A stretch of DNA of 45,666 bases, from IMG/VR virus record IMGVR_UViG_3300047090_000036, positions 1 to 45,666 of that record; one strand, 5' to 3'. Below the pieces are notes generated by a model, which worked only from the letters and a program-made list of their open reading frames with translations, did not search any database and was not told where the DNA came from. This DNA comes from a virus. Its lineage: Duplodnaviria > Caudoviricetes. Positions within the stretch are counted from its first letter, which is position 1; every line of letters starts with the position of its first letter. A program made the position numbers and the translations under genes. This document shows positions 1 through 10,100 of this stretch, piece after piece.

Positions 1-958
1 TCGTCGTCCCATGTATTATGACACTATACTATGTGATGAGTATGCGATGGTCAATCAGGAAATCAACCGAAACCTTATCGACGCACTGAAACCCGGTGGT
101 CGTATATGTATGTTCGGTGACGTTAACCAACTCAAGCCTATCGAGGAAAACCGCAACCTACAGGATGAACCGAGTGCGTTCCAACGTGCTCTGAGCAAGT
201 TCAAGGGCATCGAACTGCGGACAATACATAGACAAGAGGAAGGCAGCGGCATTGCGGATAACGGTGCGCGTATCCTGCTTGGTCGTATGCCGCAGAAACA
301 TGGCGACTTCGATATCTATATGACGACGGAACCAGTGCGCGACATACAGACGTTCGTGGATCGGTCAACGGCGGCAGGCATCGACTATTCGACTACCGAC
401 TGTCAGATCATTACGTCGATGAATAAGTCGTGGATCGGAACCAAGAAACTCAATCTCGTTATTCAGGATATGTTCTGGAAGCGCGAGCTACCGGGGCTTA
501 CGTTGTCGAGACACAAGTGGGAAGGCGAAGATACCGCGATCAGAGTGCAGGTCGGTAGCAAGGTCGTCTATACGGCTAACACCTACGATCTCGGCAACGA
601 GCAATCAGTGTTCAATGGTGAGGTGGGTATCGTAGTCGAGATTAATCATGAAGAAGATAGCCTAGACATAGACTTCGGCGATCGTATCGTGACCGTGCCG
701 CCGCTGTTGATCGTAGTCAAGGATAATGGTCAGGTTAGCGAGATTGATCCACGAAAGAACATAGACCTCGCGTATGTGCTGACGACTCATAAGATGCAGG
801 GGAGTGAGTGTAAACACGTCTGCTATATTATGAACCGCTCGACCGTGTATGCGCAGTCTCGACGTAACTTCTACACGGGTATCACTCGTGCGCGGGAGCA
901 TTGCTCAGTTATCGCTGATTTGATTAGCCTGACAAAGAGCACGAAATTCCCTGGTTAA
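1..958 (+). CDS. RecD/Dda-like SF1 helicase, C-terminal part
   Basis: ILCDEYAMV (Walker B), FGDVNQLKPI (III), LRTIHRQ (IV), VFNGEVG, AYVLTTHKMQGSE (V), FYTGITRA (VI). Confidence 0.92.
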   Translation, partial: RRPMYYDTILCDEYAMVNQEINRNLIDALKPGGRICMFGDVNQLKPIEENRNLQDEPSAFQRALSKFKGIELRTIHRQEEGSGIADNGARILLGRMPQKHGDFDIYMTTEPVRDIQTFVDRSTAAGIDYSTTDCQIITSMNKSWIGTKKLNLVIQDMFWKRELPGLTLSRHKWEGEDTAIRVQVGSKVVYTANTYDLGNEQSVFNGEVGIVVEINHEEDSLDIDFGDRIVTVPPLLIVVKDNGQVSEIDPRKNIDLAYVLTTHKMQGSECKHVCYIMNRSTVYAQSRRNFYTGITRAREHCSVIADLISLTKSTKFPG

Positions 959-959
959 C

Positions 960-1637
960 ATGGAAGCTCCAGGACATACGGACTTGATGGTATCGCCGGA
1001 GTCTTTAGACGCATGGTTGAAGGACAATTATCCAATGCACCAAATTATATTCCTAAACGGCCCACGTAAGTCGGGCAAGGATACCGCTGCCAAATACATC
1101 ATGCAGGACTTTGCGTTAGATGCACGCGAGGCCAAATTCGCTAGGCCACTGAAGTTGGCGGCTGCATCTATGTTCAATGTCAATCAGGGTCAGTTTCGTA
1201 GGTTCGAGGCTGTTGGTAGTAGCCTCAAGACACTAGAGATGCCGCAGTTGATGGGTATGTCGTGGGTCGATACGCTCATATGGCTGAGCGAGGAATGCAT
1301 GAAGCCGAAATTCGGTAAGGATGTATTCGGTAAACTGTTGCTCAATCATTTGACCGAGCCGACACTGACCAAGCTAACGGTGATTAGCGATAGCGGATTT
1401 GCGGATGAACTCGTGCCCATTGTGAAGTTCTACGGCATCGAGAACTGCCATCTGTTTCGTATATATAGGCAAGGCTGCTCATTCGACGGTGACAGTCGGC
1501 AATACGTATTCGAGGATCACTTGCCTCAGGGTCTGCATATCGAGGATATATATAATAACTATGATCTGTCGATGTTTAGGGTGCAAGTGTTGCGTCGTGT
1601 TGACAAGATCATGGGCAGAGTAATGGAATATAACTAG
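960..1637 (+). CDS. Deoxynucleoside monophosphate kinase-like P-loop protein
   Basis: FLNGPRKSGKDTAA, KFARPLK, VISDSGFADE; lies next to the DNA polymerase. Confidence 0.8.
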   Translation: MEAPGHTDLMVSPESLDAWLKDNYPMHQIIFLNGPRKSGKDTAAKYIMQDFALDAREAKFARPLKLAAASMFNVNQGQFRRFEAVGSSLKTLEMPQLMGMSWVDTLIWLSEECMKPKFGKDVFGKLLLNHLTEPTLTKLTVISDSGFADELVPIVKFYGIENCHLFRIYRQGCSFDGDSRQYVFEDHLPQGLHIEDIYNNYDLSMFRVQVLRRVDKIMGRVMEYN

Positions 1638-4123
1638 TGATACAGAACGTCGATAGTATCCAGAGTATGAACCGTGAGTTGGCCGCTCGATGTGCGGCGG
1701 CCAACATGGAGTTTGGCTGCGGCTGTGCTGGTAACATTAACTCTGAGATTGCCATAGTAGCCGAGGCGCCAGGAGAACGCGAGGATCAGATCAAGCAGCC
1801 GCTAGTGGGAGGATCAGGTAAATTTCTGTGGGACGTGTTGCGTAAGGATGGCCTGACGCGAAATCACGTATACATTACGAACGTGGTTAAGAAGAAGCTC
1901 GTTGGTGTGAGCGACGGTCATCCGACGAAGATCGCGATTAAGAAACAAGAGTTGGAACATTGGCGCCTGATACTAGAATGCGAACTCACCCATTTGCCTA
2001 ACCTGAAATACATCATTGCGTTGGGTAATATGGCGCTAGAGGCATTGACCCTGAATAAGGGCATCACGCAATTTCGTGGTAGCGTGATACCGATCAACGT
2101 CGGTGGCCGTAGAGTGCAGGTGATCGCTACATACAACCCTGCGCATATATTGCGGGAACCTAAGCTAGAAGTTGTGTTTCGTATGGACTGCAATAAGCTG
2201 AAGCGGTTGCAGAAGGGCGAGTTCGATGCGCCAGATATACGTGCTATCATTAATCCTAGTTATTCTACTGTGCTCGATTATATTCGTTCACTTAATGCAA
2301 GCGACGAACCCATAGCACATGACATAGAGACGATAGCCGACGAGACCGCATGTGTTGGTCTAGCGAATAGCAATAGTGAGGGCATCTGTATAAACTTTCG
2401 TAGTCAGTCTGAGAATACGTATAGCTTGGTCGAGGAACGCAACATTAGGCTAGCGTTGCAGGAATTGCTTGGTAATAAGAACAAAGCCTTTGTCGCACAG
2501 AATGGGAACTTCGACGCATACTGGATGCATTACAAGGATAGAATACGTGTGCATGGTTATTGGTTCGATACTATGCTGGCGCATCATCTACTCTATCCTT
2601 CGTTACCTCATAATCTAGGTTTCATCACGGCTCAGTATACCGATTATCCGTATTATAAGGATGAGGGTAAGGAGTGGAGGGATCATGGTCATATAGACGA
2701 TTTCTGGCGCTACAATGTGAAGGATTGCTGCATTACACGTATCGCAGCATTCAGGATGTTGGATGAATTGAAAGCGCAGAAGCTAGACGACATATTCTTT
2801 GGGCATGTAATGAAATTACAGCCGCATCTCGTGCAGATGACGGTTGGGGGAGTTCTCTGTGACACAGAACTTAAACAGCGGATCAGCGATGGACTTAGAG
2901 ACAGCGTTAGCGCTGCAAGAGAAGTATGCCAATCGACGGCGCGCGAGGCTACTGGGCTTGTCGATTACGAATTTAATCCACGCTCTCCACGCGATCTCGG
3001 AAAACTGTTCTTTGCTGACCTACGACTGGTCGGCAGAGGAACGTCTACTGATAAAGAGAATAGAGACCGAATGCGCAAGCATCCGCGAACCAGTATTGCA
3101 GCTAGAGCAACAATTGAGAGCATTGACCGATATCTATCAGACGCTAAATTTCTCTCCACCTATGCCAATAGTCGTATCGACGACGACAACAGGTTCCGAT
3201 GCGAGTATAAGCAGACAGGAGTTCAATCCGCTCCAGGTAGGCTGAGTAGTGCTACAACTATGTGGGGTAACGGTCTGAACATGCAAAATATACCGGAGTC
3301 GGCGAAGGGAATGTTCGTGGCAGACCCCGGTTACGTGTTCTCATACTATGATATGTCGCAGATCGAGGCACGCATAGTTGCATATCTTGCTGACATAAAT
3401 AAGTGGAAGGAACAGTTTGAAAAGGCTAGACTCAATCCGGGTAGCTATGACGCACATCGCGCTCTGGCTGCGGAGATGTTTAGGATAGCCTACGATGACG
3501 TTCCCAAGACAGACTACTTACCCAATGGCGAGCGCACGTTGCGGTTCATCGCCAAGCGGTGTCGGCACGGTCTCAATTATAGGATGCAACCCGACAGACT
3601 GGCGACCGCTGCGGGGCTACCTATCCAAGAGGCAGAGGCAGCTTTCCGCGCATACCACTACGCAACTCCCGAGATCATGCGATGGTGGGATGACCTTATT
3701 GCCTTGGTTCGACGGGACCGGGCAATTACTAGTAGTGGTTACGGAAGACGATGGCTACTACTAGAGCGGTATAACGATACTGCGCTCGATAGCATAGTCG
3801 CATTCGAGCCGCAAAGTATCAATGGCGATCATACGGCTAGCGTTATTTACAAATGTCACAATGATCCATTGTGGCCGCGTGATGCTCGTATGTGTATCAA
3901 TATACATGATGCCAATATCGCTATCCACCGTGAGGCGGATGGCGAGTTGGTGCGTAGCATTATGCGTAAGTATGCCGAAGCACCGATAATGATAAATAGT
4001 ATTAGGAATAGGCTAGCGGGTATTGAGAAGCCCGACGCATTGATTGTGCCTGCTGAATTTGGTATAAGTAAACCAGATGCAGAGGGCGTGCATCGTTGGT
4101 CAACTATAGAGAAAATCAAATGA
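1637..4123 (+). CDS. Family A DNA polymerase with N-terminal family-4 UDG-like domain and 3'-5' exonuclease
   Basis: UDG-like AEAPGERE..PLVGGSG, YITNVVK, ATYNPAHILR; Exo I HDIET, Exo II NGNFD, Exo III YNVKD; PGRLSS, NMQNIP; motif A YDMSQIEARIVA; motif B RFIAKRCRHGLNY; motif C NIHDA. Confidence 0.93.
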   Translation: MIQNVDSIQSMNRELAARCAAANMEFGCGCAGNINSEIAIVAEAPGEREDQIKQPLVGGSGKFLWDVLRKDGLTRNHVYITNVVKKKLVGVSDGHPTKIAIKKQELEHWRLILECELTHLPNLKYIIALGNMALEALTLNKGITQFRGSVIPINVGGRRVQVIATYNPAHILREPKLEVVFRMDCNKLKRLQKGEFDAPDIRAIINPSYSTVLDYIRSLNASDEPIAHDIETIADETACVGLANSNSEGICINFRSQSENTYSLVEERNIRLALQELLGNKNKAFVAQNGNFDAYWMHYKDRIRVHGYWFDTMLAHHLLYPSLPHNLGFITAQYTDYPYYKDEGKEWRDHGHIDDFWRYNVKDCCITRIAAFRMLDELKAQKLDDIFFGHVMKLQPHLVQMTVGGVLCDTELKQRISDGLRDSVSAAREVCQSTAREATGLVDYEFNPRSPRDLGKLFFADLRLVGRGTSTDKENRDRMRKHPRTSIAARATIESIDRYLSDAKFLSTYANSRIDDDNRFRCEYKQTGVQSAPGRLSSATTMWGNGLNMQNIPESAKGMFVADPGYVFSYYDMSQIEARIVAYLADINKWKEQFEKARLNPGSYDAHRALAAEMFRIAYDDVPKTDYLPNGERTLRFIAKRCRHGLNYRMQPDRLATAAGLPIQEAEAAFRAYHYATPEIMRWWDDLIALVRRDRAITSSGYGRRWLLLERYNDTALDSIVAFEPQSINGDHTASVIYKCHNDPLWPRDARMCINIHDANIAIHREADGELVRSIMRKYAEAPIMINSIRNRLAGIEKPDALIVPAEFGISKPDAEGVHRWSTIEKIK

Positions 4124-4293
4124 CCGAGCAAGAACGTATTTTCGACTGCATAGCGAAACTAGAGAACTGCAAGATGCTACCAAATCAACGCCGTATATTG
4201 AGTAGTCAGTATATGGTGCCGAAGGAGGTAGTCGATCTAGCACTAGACTTGCTGTATATTAAGGTAGCGCCCGTGGAGAGTAAACATAGGTAG
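4120..4293 (+). CDS. Hypothetical protein
   Basis: ATGA overlap with the polymerase stop; fills the gap to the next gene. Confidence 0.55.
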   Translation: MTEQERIFDCIAKLENCKMLPNQRRILSSQYMVPKEVVDLALDLLYIKVAPVESKHR

Positions 4294-4304
4294 GAGAGAG
4301 TGTC

Positions 4305-4628
4305 GTGAAGGAGAAGATTGTAGCTCGTTGGCTCGATCCAGAAAGGGCCGCTGATTATCTAAGTGTTCGTGTAGACCAACTCAGTCGTATGCTGAAAGCG
4401 GGACTAATTCCGAAGCCTCATTACATGCTGGGGCCGAGGAAGCCTCGCTATGATCGCCTGGAATTAGATGCTATGACTAACGACAGCAGTAGCTCTATAG
4501 ATGCGGCGTTCCAAGAGGCGATTGAAAATGGCGCAACGGATACACGTCGTCAGGCGGAAGCTCGCAGACGGAACGGTGAAGGTCTACACGTATCAGCGAA
4601 CTCGCAATCTACCAGAGCGCGCCACTAA
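4305..4628 (+). CDS. Excisionase/AlpA-like winged-helix protein
   Basis: RWLDPERAADYLSV...LKAGLIPKP...PRYDRLELD; AGGAG RBS; directly upstream of and overlapping the integrase. Confidence 0.75.
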   Translation: MKEKIVARWLDPERAADYLSVRVDQLSRMLKAGLIPKPHYMLGPRKPRYDRLELDAMTNDSSSSIDAAFQEAIENGATDTRRQAEARRRNGEGLHVSANSQSTRARH

Positions 4629-5556
4629 TGTAACTCCATATGAGTTACCTGAGCCGGGCACTGTGCAGCATTTGATTAACGCATATAAGCACAGTGTCGA
4701 GTGGTCTACGCTCAAGGGTATTACACAGCAAAGCTATGCACGCTATTTACGTGTATGGGAAAATCCACTATTAGCCAAGATCAATGTCGTTGATATTACA
4801 CGGCGCCAAATTCGAACATTGCGTAGTGACATAGCACGTAAGCGTGGCATATCTACTGCTAACGTATTCGTGCGTGTCACTGCGGCGTGGTTCAAATGGA
4901 TGCTAGCGAATGACTGGCTAGAGTTTTCGCCGACCTCGCGTATTGATCCACTACCCGGTGGCGGCTCTTATCCAACATGGACTGACGCGCAATTCAACCA
5001 CGCCGTTAGCGTATTTCCAGAGCATCTACGTAAAGCTATTATATTGGCACGGTATACGGGACAACGACGCAGCGATCTAATCACTATGCGGTGGTCCGAT
5101 TATCGTGATGATGTATTTATCATAAAGCAACAGAAGGGTAGAAAGGGTAGCGAACCAGTAGTGTTGCACGTCCCAGCGCATTTCATATTGCGAGAAGAAT
5201 TGGCTAGGTGGCGTATTGGTGCGCGGTCGGTATTCGTGTTGACGACGGATCGCGGCGTGCAATGGAACCCTACCTATCTATCTCGACTAATTGGCGATGC
5301 AGTGCATAAGGCTAACCTGCCGCCTAAATTGAATTTACATGGATTACGTTATCTAGCAGCGACTACGCTCGCTCAAATTGGTTGCTCTCCACACGAGATA
5401 ATGGCGATCACCGGACACAAGACCTTGGCAATGGTTCAACACTATACCGACAAGGTATCGCAGCAACGATTAGCGCAACAGGCGATGGACCGTTTCGAGA
5501 GAACGCCGTCTTTTACCGGGGTCACTCGTATATACAAACCTGGAAAAGATGAGTAA
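4528..5556 (+). CDS. int: Tyrosine recombinase/integrase
   Basis: Catalytic set intact: YTGQRRSDL (R), QQKG (K), LHGLR (HxxR), TGHKT (H), VQHY (Y). Start placed at ATG 4528. Confidence 0.93.
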   Translation: MAQRIHVVRRKLADGTVKVYTYQRTRNLPERATNVTPYELPEPGTVQHLINAYKHSVEWSTLKGITQQSYARYLRVWENPLLAKINVVDITRRQIRTLRSDIARKRGISTANVFVRVTAAWFKWMLANDWLEFSPTSRIDPLPGGGSYPTWTDAQFNHAVSVFPEHLRKAIILARYTGQRRSDLITMRWSDYRDDVFIIKQQKGRKGSEPVVLHVPAHFILREELARWRIGARSVFVLTTDRGVQWNPTYLSRLIGDAVHKANLPPKLNLHGLRYLAATTLAQIGCSPHEIMAITGHKTLAMVQHYTDKVSQQRLAQQAMDRFERTPSFTGVTRIYKPGKDE

Positions 5557-5690
5557 TATCAACGATCGCGACAGTCCAGCAGACAGTATACACAGCCAAT
5601 GAAATCAATATGTTACCGGCCGATTTTTTGGGTTTCGATCTTTCACCACGTATCTACAGCCGAATGGTGAAACGGTGGATATTTCGGGTG
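5505..5690. promoter_or_regulatory. Probable attP region
   Basis: 3' end of int plus the gap after it. AATCAATATGTTA (5603-5615) matches the IHF consensus WATCAANNNNTTR; inverted repeat TTTCACCA...TGGTGAAA (5641-5672). Core sequence not identifiable. Confidence 0.5.
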
Positions 5691-5696
5691 CAGTAA

Positions 5697-6962
5697 ATGA
5701 ATTACCGAAGCCTTGTCAAAGAGGACACATTCATAGGCCGTTACCTCGGATATATGGAAAGCCAAGAGACGGCCTACGCATATGACTTCTGGTGCGCGCT
5801 CTGGTTACTGAGCATTACTGTTGGCCGTATTACGATAGTCGATAGACCACGAGCGCCTGTGTTCATGAACTTGTATGCCGTGCTGGTCGCCGAGAGTGGC
5901 GTCACACGCAAGAGTTCGGCGATCAGGGAAGTGCAGAAGATCGCGCATAGGTTGTTGCCGAGTGACGCGACGATAGGATTGTTGGAAGGTAAACTTACAC
6001 CGGAGAAATTAGATAATGTCCTCCACGAACGCACAATCGAGCATAGAGTTGGGCAACTCGCCATTGCCATTAGCGAGCTTGCAGTGTTCCTTGGTATGGA
6101 GCGATACACCGCAGCTATGCCCGCACTGCTTACGGACCTCTACGACTGTCCTTCGTCTAGAAAGGGAGGCGGTTCACTATATCGTGGAGGTGTTAGCCAA
6201 AGCGGTATATTTATATCCTTCATTAGCGCATCTACTCCAAGCTGGCTACTACGCTCAGTTAATCCAAACGTCATCGAGGGCGGATTTACCTCTCGATGTA
6301 TGTTTGTTGTGTCTGACGAGCCTAAGCGACGCATTGCGTGGCCTAGTGCTGAGGGCGTTGACAATGCCTCCAGTGATGCAGCTAGCACCCGTCTCGTAGA
6401 GCAGCTTGAGGGTATTAGACGACTAGCGCAGGACAATGCGCGGATCACGATTAACGAGACAGCGCTACGTGTATTTAGGCTATGGTATGGTAGACGTAAA
6501 CCGAGTAGTGACGCATATAGAGCGAGCTTCGAGAGTCGTGAGGATGCTCATATATTGCGGGTCGCGGCGTTTCTCTGTATTAATGACGGTAGCTGGATCA
6601 TACAGGCGCCGCATCTCAAAGTCGCTATTCGGATCATAGACGAGATTAAACAAACGTCTGCGAAACTATTCAACCATGAGGCTGAACGCTCGAAAATAGT
6701 AATGGGTATCGAGGCGGCGCGTGGTGTGTTGCTTGCTAACGAACTCGACCCGATGCCTAGAAGTAAGCTTTGGTTGAAGTGTCGTAATCATCTAGACCAT
6801 GCCGAGTTCACGGCGATGCTTGATGTGTTGCACGAGATCGGCGCTATTCAGCGGTTCGTTATGAAGCATGATGGTGCGGGTAGACCTATCGACCTCATAC
6901 GTGCTACGAAACTGCTAGCCGGTCGTGGATTGATAGAGACACTAGCAGAGAGGTTGGTCTAA
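5697..6962 (+). CDS. DUF3987-like P-loop NTPase, putative replicative helicase
   Basis: NLYAVLVAESGVTRKSSA (Walker A variant), TPEKL, ISELAVFLG, LLTDLYDCP, ASTPSWL, GGFTSRCMFV; C-terminal winged-helix-like end. Confidence 0.7.
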   Translation: MNYRSLVKEDTFIGRYLGYMESQETAYAYDFWCALWLLSITVGRITIVDRPRAPVFMNLYAVLVAESGVTRKSSAIREVQKIAHRLLPSDATIGLLEGKLTPEKLDNVLHERTIEHRVGQLAIAISELAVFLGMERYTAAMPALLTDLYDCPSSRKGGGSLYRGGVSQSGIFISFISASTPSWLLRSVNPNVIEGGFTSRCMFVVSDEPKRRIAWPSAEGVDNASSDAASTRLVEQLEGIRRLAQDNARITINETALRVFRLWYGRRKPSSDAYRASFESREDAHILRVAAFLCINDGSWIIQAPHLKVAIRIIDEIKQTSAKLFNHEAERSKIVMGIEAARGVLLANELDPMPRSKLWLKCRNHLDHAEFTAMLDVLHEIGAIQRFVMKHDGAGRPIDLIRATKLLAGRGLIETLAERLV

Positions 6963-7153
6963 TGGCTGATGAGTTACGCTACGAGGTTACGTTTCTTACT
7001 GGTCCTCCGGGCCATGCAGACTCGGATACCTACCAATTTGCAACCTTGAAAGAAGCGCGCAAATGTTTGCGCAATAGCCGAGAAAATCACGATCCATATT
7101 TTCGCTGGTCGAAGATCGTTGATCTTACGACGGGGGAGCAAGTTTCTGTTTAG
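6962..7153 (+). CDS. Hypothetical protein, last gene of the + arm
   Basis: TAATG coupling to the upstream gene; its stop overlaps the convergent gene's stop. Confidence 0.6.
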   Translation: MADELRYEVTFLTGPPGHADSDTYQFATLKEARKCLRNSRENHDPYFRWSKIVDLTTGEQVSV

Positions 7154-10100
7154 TCGCGGAACTGAGTCGAGTTCTTAGACCAATCTATCTCGCGTGAGCC
7201 AACGTCTATCGGTTTCCCTGCTAGCTGGCTTAGGCGTTTATTGAGTTCAGCGATACGCTGAGCTACCAAATGATGCCGGTCGTTGATTTGCTGCGTAAAT
7301 TCGTTAGACTTCTGTCGTCGCTCTGCCTCGGTGTCACGTGTATTCACGAGGTCGTTGCGCTGCTTCTCTATATCGTGGATTTCTTTCATTAGTCGATTGT
7401 TGATATTATCGCCGTAGCGTTTTACCTCGAAATACATTTGCTGCACGGTCGGATCGCTAGATATCTTCTTCTCGCCGAGTCCTGACAACTCCACGCCACC
7501 CTTACGTGTGAAACCCTCATTACGTATATCGGACGTAGCGGTAGGCGCTATCTCGTTAATGACGCGCAGCCTATTTTGGTTAGCCTCAATGAGTGGTGTG
7601 CTAGACGATATACGTCCCTGGTTGCTCCATATCGTGTTATTGAACATCGGGTTCTGGTCGCGGAAGTGTTGACCTAGATTGTCGATAACTGCGTGCCATG
7701 CAGCACCAGCACCATCGCGGTTATAGGCTGAGATACCACGATTTGCAGTCTCTCCTATGCCACCAGCAATTCCCATAACACTAGACAATATATGCATCGG
7801 TATCGAGTTGGTATCTAGTGGTTCGCCGCTACCTGCCTGGTTTGGGACACGGGATCGTGGCTCTATGTTACGTGCGAGTGTCGGCATACGGCCATGTGCT
7901 AGATCACGGATTATATCCTCCGGTCTAGCATCCCACTGTTTACCTGCTGCATTGAGTAGTGTGTTACCAATTTGGCCTATTGACGTATAGGGATCGACAG
8001 CTTGCCCTAGTCCATGTAGTGCCGACGTAACTGCGTAGTTGGATACGTGATGCGATAATATGTCGCTGAGTGTATGGTAAGCTCGCTGGAATGACGGTTC
8101 GTCGTGTCGTGCATCCCATGCACCTGTCGCGTGTCCCATGAGGTCTTGGATAATGGGCCATTTCCAGCGCACGTTCTGCGGTAATGAGAGTTGCTGATAT
8201 TTAGTTGGATCATTGGGGTCGGTATAATAGACGGGACCAGTAGCACGCTGCGTTGTAGACATGAGATCATGCAGATGATGCAGTGCGCCGGGAACATGCA
8301 TCGCTGAGTAGAGTGAACCTGCACCGAGTAGCGTCATATTAGCGATATGTGACAGCGGCGTTGCTACGGGACGCTCTGCCATCGTTCTACCGAATTGTGC
8401 TATGTCTTGCGTCGCGGCGTTGACGAATGGCACTCCTTCGTTCGTAAACCGTGCATATGCTCCTTTGCCTCTAATGCCCATGTCACCAGTCAGCCGCCGC
8501 GTTTCATAGACTAGTTGCTCTTTGGATATGTTAGGATTATTTCGGTTGAGGCGATAGAAATGTGAGTGCCCCATGTTGTTAACTACTTCGAATGCTTCGT
8601 TAACGAGCTTCTTCATACCGACACCATAAGGCATCGTAGCCTGAGTGAATGGATTTTTGGCTCGATATAATCCAGGCGCCATATCGGCAGCGGGATTGCG
8701 TGTTATCGCTCCCTTGACACCGGCTTGATATGCGGGAACCTCAGTATGTCCGTAACCTAGTCCACTGGTTATGCCACGTGACCGCATTTCGTGTGTAACA
8801 GATGCCTTATATTTATCGAGCATAGCCTGACGCCAGCTATCTACATTTGCGTCACCTGCTATATGGCGTAGCACTTGGTTGCCGTAATTCTTTGCACCGC
8901 GTTCTAGACCATTAGCTAGTCCATGCATTGCTAGATTGCCAGCGTCCATTGCACCGGCACCAATCATACCGGGATACTGGTCTAGCGTTACTCTGAGGTT
9001 ACGACCAGTTGCTCGCTGAAATGCTTTGTCTAGGTAACTACCAGCCATACCTGTTGGTGCATTGATTGGTAGATAGTAACCAGTTCTCACGGCGTTCACG
9101 AATGGGAATACCTTACCGCCGATCATCGCTAGTGGTCCGGTAACGCCACGTTGGTAGAAGCGTCGCAACGCCGATATTGATGCATGTGTCATCGTCGGAT
9201 TACGGTCGAATAGGTCAGCGAAGTCCTTGTTATGAACGTGATATGTCTCTTTACCTCCCGGTCGATATACGTCCCACGTTGCGGTGTCTAATGGTGCGCC
9301 TACATCTTTGCCTGTGTAGTCAGTCTTACGGCTGAATAGCGATGCACGCTTCGGGTCCATTATCGAGGCATGTGTATCGGCGTCTATGATACGGCGCTTT
9401 AGGGCGTTATTCTCGAATAACTTATATAGCTCTGAGTTATGCTGAGATGCGGCATCCCACGGCGTCGTATTAGGTATCTCGTTACCTAGATATGGTTCTG
9501 TCTCGCGTCGTGCAAATGTGTGCGCTATGTTACCTTCTGAGTCTACAGATGGAACATAGTTCGGGTTGATGCGGCGTATTTTAGCGAGTTCGGAACGCGA
9601 GAAGCCCATCTTCTCGGCTATGTCGAGATTGCCTAACATGGTAGCACGATAACGATCGGCTATCTCGTTTAGGTGTGGCGTATTCTCCATAGCTGCTACG
9701 TTTGCACGTAAATCAGCGTCGGATATATTGTAGAGGCCGGTGCGTGTAGCGCGTGGATCGGGCACCTTACCCTGTTGCATGGATTTGTTGAATAGATCGG
9801 TGCGATTATCGAGTGCGCTACGTGACCATAGACCACTATGTAGAACTTGTTGTTCGTCTGGCGATAGTCTACCTATATCACGAGATAACTTGCCCCATGA
9901 CGGTAGACTGATACCTGTAGCCTCATGCACACCAGTCTCGAACATATTGCCGACACGTGCATTCTGTGACGCTGGATTATTTACGATACCTAGAGATTGT
10001 GCTAAATCCTTGTCGGTCTGTGATACGCCTTTCAAGTGTTCTGCGACGACGGCATTACGATCCTGAACGCTAGCCTGGAACCTGCGTAGTGCTTCTTTCT

